DNA of 64,000 nt from Andalucia godoyi And28 (lineage: Eukaryota > Protista > Jakobida). The notes beneath the pieces were generated by a model, which was not told where the DNA came from, ran no database searches, and saw only the letters and a program-made list of their open reading frames with translations. Shown here one piece after another: positions 34,501 through 43,500 of this stretch (positions within the stretch are counted from its first letter, which is position 1; the number at the start of each line of letters is the position of its first letter). Location of the stretch: the NCBI GenBank assembly GCA_009859145.1, contig VRVR01000015.1, positions 237,705-301,704 of the forward strand, written 5' to 3'. Both the position numbers and the translations under genes were made by a program.

Positions 34501-37500
34501 TTGGCGGCACCGTCGGAATCTGACCTTGTTGTCAGTTCTGCAGCAGGTCGTAGTGTGTTTGTCGTTTTGGCAGCGAAGGCCAATGCAAATGCGAACGTAT
34601 CTGCAACGGACTCGGGAGTGTTTGATGTCGGATCGGGAATATTGGTCGTCAATGGAACAATGCAACGAGTGCTTGTGCGCGGGGAGGTCCCATCGACGCT
34701 CCGCAACGATGGTGACGTTTTGCGTGTGAATGGCTCTGTTGCAGTCGACGGATCGTTGCGTATGAGCGGAAGTGTTGTGTTGTTGGGCGACCAAGGCCAG
34801 TCTGTCGTGCAAGTCGGCTCGTTTGGAAGCGGCAATGGAACACGAATCGATTCTTCCGGACTGCAGATTGTGCAGCGCATTACTGCGAATTTGTCGTCGT
34901 GGTCGTGGTATTTAGCCGCAGATGCACGCAGTGTCACTGTTGGTGATGATGCCAGCGGCCGCCGCACTCGCCTTGACTCACAGAGCGTTGAAACTGGGAC
35001 GTTGTTTGCGTCTGCTGGACAGTCGCTTGTTCTGAAGTCCAGTGCTGATCACGATGTTGTGGTGTCACTTGTTCGCAATGCATCTGAGTCGCGGTTTGTT
35101 ATTGAAGGTTCTTCTGGCGTGCTCCTGACGGCAAATGGTTCTTCCGGTGTTGTGCGTATTGGAGGAGACTTGACGGACAGTGGCATTTTGCTTGGCGGTT
35201 ACAATGCTCGTTTTGGCGTTGTGGGCAATGTAGGAGTTGAAGGCAGCATCCGCGTACGTGATGATGTTGTCATTGCATCCGCTGGCGGCGCAGTTCGCGT
35301 TGGTGCGAATGGAACCGCAGGACCGTCTACTTCAATGGTGGCAGGAGGACTAACAGTGTCTGTTGATGGGGTGGTTCGAGCGAACGTGTCTGCTGCAGGA
35401 ATCAGCATGTTGGGAAGCGACGGAAGTACCTCGGCTGTGTCGTCGTCAACAGTGCAAGTTTCCACGGTTCGTGCGGATACTGTAATTGCACGAAATGGAA
35501 CGTCTGGGTTGGTGATTGCAGGAGGATCCGCGGGAGATGTGACGATCGACGTTGTGCAGAATCATAGCGTTGCAGTTGGTGCGGGTGCGTTACGCGTGTG
35601 GCGCGATGTTTCGTTTGCGAATATCAAGATGTCGGAAGATGACATGGTCCGCTTCACTGTGGGAAATGTTTCTGGTACATCGCTGTATTCTGCGACTCGT
35701 CACATGGTTGGTATTTCAGGATCTGTGCTGATCGGCGGCGACCTGCAGATTGGCGCTGCCTTTTCTGTCAATGCCTCGAGCGGTATCGTGGCTGTTGTCT
35801 CTGCTGGGGACAGTTTGGTGCTGACTTCCTCTGGATTGTCTGTCGCTTCTGTGCCGACTGCTGCTTTACTTGATGTGTCATCGTCGGCTCTGCGGTTTAC
35901 GAATGGAAATGCTTCCACTGTCGTTTCCAGTTATGCTGTGTCCACTGCTCGGCTTACGGCTCCAGTTAATGGTTCTCTATCTATTTCCAGTGGTTCGGAT
36001 GTGTCTGTGAATTTTGGCTCCTCTTCCGGATTTACCGTATTGTCTGCGAATCAGCTCTACGTGAATGCTTCTGTGGTTTCTGTTGCTCGAACTGTGTTTG
36101 ATGTAGACTCTGCCAACGTTTCCTTTGGCGGTTTTGTTTATGCACCGACGGGTCTGCAATTTGGAAAAGGGCTATATTCCTCAGAGCCGTCATCGGAATT
36201 TGTCATGTCGTCGGCCGGCAGATCGGTTTCTGTCACCTATGGTGGCATTTCGTTAAGTTCCAGTGGATTGATGTCCACTCTTATGTTGAACAGCAGTGCG
36301 CTGATGTTTTCTTTGAATAATTCGTTTGTTAGACTGTCTGCAACGTCAATTTCTACTCCAGCTGTTTTTTCAGCCGATGGTATTCTCTCTATTTCTGGTC
36401 TTGCAGTTTTTAATGAGTCTTCGAAGTCAGTACGGATCGGCACAGCATCTGGTTTGTTGGTGGATGATGCTAACTCATTTTCGAGTTTGGGAGGGCTTGT
36501 CAACGTCAATGCCACTCGAGGTTCAGTGTCAATCGGCAAGGTTGAGCCGGATCCAACAAAGATGTTGTACGTGAAGGGCGATACTCTTATCGAGGGTTCA
36601 TTGTTTATGACGGGATTGCTGGATTTCTCTTTGCCTGGTGCAGGCATGTCATTTGGTGGTAATGGCACTCGCTACAGTTCGTTGGATGATTCCAAATTGC
36701 GTCTTGTTGATGGTGGTTATGAATCCGTTATGACTGCGGATTCCCTGACTTTCCGCAATGGGTCATTTGCGGTGTCATACTTGTCCCATGGCACAATGAG
36801 TGTGCCTCGGATTATCTCGTTGGAGTCCGTAACATCTGGTACGAGCTTTACTTTGAATCTGAACTCAACTCAATCGGCTGTAATTTCACTTCCTGTTCGT
36901 GATTCTTTGATATTCCGGGGTTCTTCCAACTCCTCTGTTTTCGAACTCCGCGGTCCAACCTTGTCAGATGCGCGTTCACAAGTTCAGTTTGGGTCGTCTC
37001 CATCTGATGTATCGGTGTTCGTTGGATTCAATCAGTCGTCTTCTGAAGTGAACGCGTCGACTTTGTCGCTGGCTGTCGGGGGTAGTTCTCTCTTCTATTC
37101 AAATATGTCGATCTTTGGAGACGTCTTCATCAATGGATCCAAGACATTAAGAATATCTTCTTCCGGAAATATGGTGTCGCTGGATCGCTCCCGGCTGACG
37201 ATGGTGAGCCCAGGATCCTCATCCGTTCTGTCTGGATCTTCATTGTCTGTGACAAATTCCTTCCAAACATCAATAGTTTCTCCTGGGTCAATTGAAACAC
37301 CCTCTATGAGTTCTCCATTATGGTATTCTGCTTCATCTATGTCATTGTCTGCAGCAACAAACATCACCGTTGTGATTGGTGCTCAGACATACGCTGTTCT
37401 TGGAGTTGATAATGTGTTTGATTTCCGGAAAGATGTACGTTTGGGCACACAGTTGTTGAATTTTGCGGGAACATCGACAAATATTGATATTTCGCACACC

Positions 37501-40500
37501 AGCATGTCGCTGACTTCTGGGTCGAAAACGTCTCGGTTGCGAGCAGCTGACCTGACTGTAGATTTGATTGGAGCGTCCAGATTGGTCAGTCGATCGCTAG
37601 ACACGACAATTGCGTCCGTTGTTCTCGGAGATCGTTTCGTAGCCATTGGATCTTCCGCTGTCGCGTCATCATACGCCGACGATCAAATAGTCTTGCTGGC
37701 TCCATCGATCAACCTGCGTCATCCGTCTAGCGGTTCTACAAATGTTACGGTTGGCGGTGCATTGACTGTTCTTGGACCTGCAGTATTTACAGCGGGATTC
37801 AATTTGCAAGGTGGATTGTTGGTTGGGGACATGTCTCTTCAGCCGTCATTCATTTCAATAACAAACTCCTCTCTTTCTTCGAGGCTGGATGCGAACAAGA
37901 TCTATTTCAGTGACAATGTGCGCACTTCCAGATTGGATGTTAGCGGACTGGACACTCCTTCAGTCGTCTCAACGTATCTTGGATCCTCTACGTCGTTGCA
38001 AATCGCGGCGCAGTCAAGCATCCGACTTGATGTGACCTCCGGAAATATCTCGCTTCTTGAAAACACTGTCATCTCCAATTCTACTCTCAGGTTTGGGTCG
38101 ACTTCCGCTTCGTTCATTTTGGACATTCGTGCATCCACTTCGTTCCGTGGCTCTGTATCGACAGTATTGCCGGTTTCTAGCTCGTTCTCTGTGAGTTCTG
38201 ATGTCGAATCCATCTTTACAGTTGAATCGTCCGGCAATGCTTCTCGTGTGGTATTTTCAAACGGTAGCCGTCCTCTGTCTGTTTTTGTGGGGTCTGCAGG
38301 CCAGTTCATTCCACAAGGTTTCCGCAGCGGAACGTCGTTTGCTGTTGATGGGTACACGCAATTGTCGGGTGCATTGGTGTCTGTCCTCACTGACGTCGAA
38401 ATTGGTGCATCCAACATGATTCGCATTGGACAGGGACTTAATGTTTCGCAGAATCTGTTGTCTCTTTCACATTCAGGTTCGTCTGTTTTACTGTCCAGCA
38501 AATCGGCTGTGTTTGCATCATCTGCTGGATCAACTGTTGTGAACTCGAGCCATGTGGTGGCGACGAATGTGATCGCAGAGTCGGTTTCACTTTCCTCCAG
38601 AATCGCAATTTTGAACAATAGTGAAAGCATTGATGTTTCCGCTCGTGAAGTGTCTGTGTCCACTGTGAACAGTTCTTCTACGTTGACAGCGTCTCAATTG
38701 GTGTTTGTTTCAAATGGAGGATCTGTGTCTTCGCTTTCGTCCTCGGCACTTCTTGTTGGGTCTGCAAACATCACTTTGCTTCGTGCACAGCAGATTTTGG
38801 GGTATGATGCGGGCTTGGAACTTCGTCCTGCTGCAGGTTCCGCATTGAGACTGTTTGTTGACGATTCTGTGACAGCTGTTATTGGTAATCTGGTTTCTGA
38901 TCTTTTGCGTGTCTCACAGAATGGATCCCAGTCCCTCTTTAGTTTTTCCAGCGGATCATTGTTGCGGCTCGGTGATATCAGCAGTTCTCTGAAATCACAC
39001 AGGTTTGCTAACGGTTCATCAATGCAGGTTAGCGGTTCAGTACTTATCGGATCGTCCTTATTCATTTCGGGCGATGTCGAATTGAATTCTACGTCATCCT
39101 TGCAGCTTGGCGACCTCAGCCTGCGCTCTGGACTGCTAAGCGCATCGAGCAACGGCAGATCAAGCGTGGTGAGCTCTTCTATGGTGAATGTGTCTTCGGG
39201 AATGAGTTTTTCGGCGATTATGGATGATTCGGTTTGGACACCTCGTGTTCGAGCGTCCACCAAGCTAGTGTTGTTAGCTCCCGAGGTGGTTGTGACAGAT
39301 GGTGTGACCGACTTCATTTCTGCCACTTCGTCCAGAGTCCAAATTTTGCAGTATGTCCGTGTGCAGCACACGTCAGGACTGACGGTTGCTTCAGACTTGA
39401 TCGGTACCTACAAGGTCGATGTAACTCCGTATCAATTGTCTCTCACGATGCCGGGCAAAGTGACAACGTTGACTCCGACGTCTGTGACAACAACGAGCTT
39501 TATCGGATCCGGTGTGCAGTCGCTCGTCGGCGGCGCCGTTGTTGATATGAATTCGAATTCCATGGTATTGCGAACATCTACACTTTCTATTTCGCCTGCT
39601 ACGGATGAAATCGTTGTTCACGCGCCAGGCGGTTTGCGCATTGGGGTTTCATCGTCTTTCCAGACAAATACCACTATTTTCGGAAACTTGGAAGTCAAGT
39701 CTTCGCTGTCCATTGGCCAAGACTTGACACTTGGTCAAAATGCCAGACTCGCTGTTGGATCTGTGAAGCTGGATACGGATACGATTTCAAGTGTTGTTGG
39801 TTCGAAGAACTTTTCACTTTCTGCAACTGGCATTCGGTTTGTAGATGCTGGTAATTCATCTGTTCTGTCATCGATGTCGTTGACAACCGGATCTGTTATC
39901 AGTTCCGTTCTTTCATCTCATGATAATTTGAACATACGATCGGATGCTGCCGTCATTCTGCAGAACGGTTTGATGCGTGTGGCTGCGTCAGCGGTGGGGT
40001 TGTCGTTGAGCGCGGTTCCTAGATCGTCAAGCACTTCGATATTGAATGTTGAAGGGAACTCGACATTCTACGGTTCCGTATCGATTGATGTTGCTGTTGG
40101 TGAGTCGATGTCTCTTTCGTCAAACGGATCCGTTTTCGTCTCCATGTCTGCATCGCGAACGTTCATTGGCAATGCCCTGGTCCTCGGGTCAGCCTCTTCG
40201 TCGACAGCTGCGACAATTTTGTCAGTTGGCGGAGTATCGGAGTTCTTTGATGATGTGGTGTTCTCCAAGAGCGTGAACTTCTCGAGCTTGTCGTCCCGGA
40301 TTGTCATTGGTAACCAGTCACTTGGATCGGAGTTGTCTGCCAGTGGATTGCAAATCCTCGGAAATGGCTCTCTTGTAGTGTCCAGCAGGGAGATTGCGAT
40401 CACGGATGGTTTGCAACGAACGACGGTTTCGGCCTCTGGATTGGTGAGTACTGGCAGCATCGATGCTGTGTCGGCATTGCTCCGCAGCTTGATTGTGTCG

Positions 40501-43500
40501 GTTGAAAACTCGTCGGTCCGTGTGCAGCCGAGTGGCTTGATCGTCTCCGATTCGATGTCATCTCTCGAGGTTTCTGCTTCTGCTCTACGTTTGCAATCAC
40601 AAACGTCTGAGTCTAGTATTACGTCTTCAAGTATCACTTCATTGTTGCTGAATTCGACATCCGTTGTTACCTCGTCGATTGTCGGAAAGAACTCGTCTGA
40701 CTTGGTACTGAGTCCGTCACAGGGTAAGCGCCTTGTGCTGTCTTTGGATGTTTCTTCCAGTCAGCAAATGGTGATTGGCACGGTAGCGCATCCAATTATT
40801 GACATTGTGTCGCAGAATGCGTCTTCTGATCCTTTAGTAAGACTTGGTGGAACAACGTACGTGAGCTTGGGGCGATCGCAATCCATTGGCAATCTCTCGA
40901 GTGTTGCTGGAATGGCTTTTGTTGTTGATGGGTTGTCAATGTTTGCGCAGAATGTGTCGCTTTCTGCGACATTACGCGCTAGTCCAGGCTCTGCCCTTGT
41001 TGCCGACGCTTTGTCTGGATCCAGTATAAGAGTTGGAGATGGAGCTGTTTTCTTGAGCTCAACAACCAACAAGTTCGCTTCGTTGGACTCTTCGCTTTTG
41101 AATATGAGCTCGCCTACAAGCTGGTCAGCAATGAGCGCATCGTCTATCACGACGCAGTCTGTGATTGTCCCGTCAATCTCATCTTCTGCATCTTCACTGA
41201 GTATTGAATCTACGAACGTGTTGATTCGATCGGGATTCACGACGGTTATGTCATTCACGACTTCTACCGTTGACGTGTTTGCGAACATCGCTATGGGATC
41301 CAAGAAGATTAGCTTCCTCAGTACTGATACTTCCAAGAGTATTTCTGTGGAAGCCGATACAGGCATTTCGGTTACAAGTGGTATTTCCACCTCCGCTATT
41401 ACTGGATTTGCAGTTACCACAGCGACCTTGAAGACGTCGAGTGTGCAGAGTGTTCTTGCATCGTCTGTTGCTCTGTCATTTAGTGCTGATTCTATCTTGC
41501 TGTCGACTGTTGGCGGTACTGTCCCGTCTACAACAGCGTCTTCGCTGTTTGTGACCACTCCAGGCGGAGTGTACATTGGTACGAGTTCCTCAAAATCGAA
41601 TATGACAATTGAGGGTTCGCTGCGTGTGACGGGTTCCCTGGATCTTGCGGGTAGCTTGAGCTTGTCTCAGTTGGCGAGTTTCGCAATTGGTCAGGTTCGT
41701 ATGGCTTCGACGTCTGTTAGTGTAGTAGATGGCAATTCGTCGTCTGTTGTGAATTCGACCCACGTGGTTGTCGGTACTATTGGCAGTGCGACGACTGTGA
41801 GTTCGCAGTCGTTGTCGACTCGCGATGTGTATGTCGAGCGATTGCTGCCGCTGAGGGCTTCGACAAATCTGACTGTCGCGGTCTCTGGAAGCGAGTGGTT
41901 CTCTGTTGGTCAGCAACTTATGGTTCCTGCTTCGGGAGCCGTTCTTATCGGTGCTTCTCCGCTTTCCCCGTCTGAGGGTGAATCTTTGAGCGTTGTCGGC
42001 GCACTAGTCTCTCGTCGGCTATCCGTTCTGGATTCGACAAGTGTTTCTGTCAACTTTGGTCTTTTGTCGGATCCTGTGTTCTCTGTTTCTTCGAATGCCA
42101 GTGGTGACGTGGACTTTGTCCGGGTTGGAAAGGGTTCTCGTTTGTCAGTTCTTTCTCTTGGTTCTACTTCGTCTTTGGAAACTTTGTATTCTTCCTCACA
42201 GTTTGGTATCTATTCATCTCGTGGTGTTGTTGTCGGGAATGATTCTGTTGTCCTTGGTGATTTAGTGTTAGGCGGTTCGAACAGTGCAATCAAGTTTGCG
42301 TCTGGGGTTTCGTCCTTTGTTTTGTCTGGTTCGGTTTTGTCGTTGTCGGATTCTGGTGCAAACAGCGTCATTCTATTGGATTCTTCTGGCTTGAAATTTG
42401 TCTCAAACAACAATGTTTCGTTTTTCAACTCATCTGGTTTGTCTTCCCCGTCAATCTCGACAAATCGACTCGTGTCTCGTTCTGAATCCTTGTCGATTTC
42501 TGCGTCCCAGCTATCTCTTGCCTCCACCAGTCGTATGAGCTTCAATTCCGTTGTCTCAATTGCGGGATCCACGGTGGAGGTTTCCTCTGGATCGATGTTA
42601 TACATTGGTAATTCGAGCAACTTCGCTGCATCTGGTGAATCCTTCGTTGTGGACGGTCGTTCCAGATTTTCTGGTAATGTTTCGTTTGTGTCGAGCACTG
42701 TGTCACTCCTGAGTGACTCTTCATTCGTGCTGTCGTCTGGATCGTTGGCGACCTCCGTGTTAGCCGGGTCCGTTTATGTTTCCGGTCCCTTGGGAAGTAC
42801 TTCTGTTTCTGGTGCTAGCTGTGCTCTTGTTTCGGCTGATGGACTGTCGCAGACCACGTTGTCTCCATCACTTTTGACATCGTCCGAGGTACGTGCTTCG
42901 CGGGTCTTCGTATCGGAGTCACTGTCGTCGGTTGCGTCCGATCTTCAACTGCGGCCTGCGAATTCGTCGTTCGGAGTGATGGTTGATGTGGCATCTCCTG
43001 GGCAGTTCTTCGCTGTTGGAAATTCTTCTGCCGTTGGATTCTCCGTTTCTACCGTGTTGAATGGGCATGTCGTGCAAATGGGAAGCACAGGAAGTCGAAT
43101 CCAGTTCCGAGTCGGAAATGTCTCTGCAGCTGTTTTCAGCCCTGTTTCTACCACGTCTGCTTCATTTGTCTCGGAAGGTTCTTCAGTTCTGGGTGGAAGT
43201 GTTTCTATTTTGGGTTCTGCTTATATTCGTGGCGCAGGTCGAAGCCTGTTTGTTGGGGATACTGATGAATCGGGCATCCATGTTTCCGTTGCGGGGTCAT
43301 CGATCCAACTGCTGGATGGCAGCGTGCCTGCCGTTTCGGCGCAGTTGCTGCGTGATCGGCTAGCCTTTACGAATGGCAATGGGTTTACTTCTCAGCTGGA
43401 TGCCCGGCAACTTAATGTTTCTACCATTGTGAGTTCTTGGTTGTCTGGATCGCCGACGGCTTCGCTGAACATCTCTACTGGTTCCGCACAGAATATGTTC

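Noticed and set aside
29494-35786. The duplicated block as a transposon or LTR pair
   Set aside because: Both copies and the intervening DNA are in frame within one ORF. No terminal inverted repeats, target-site duplication, or transposase/RT motifs were seen.
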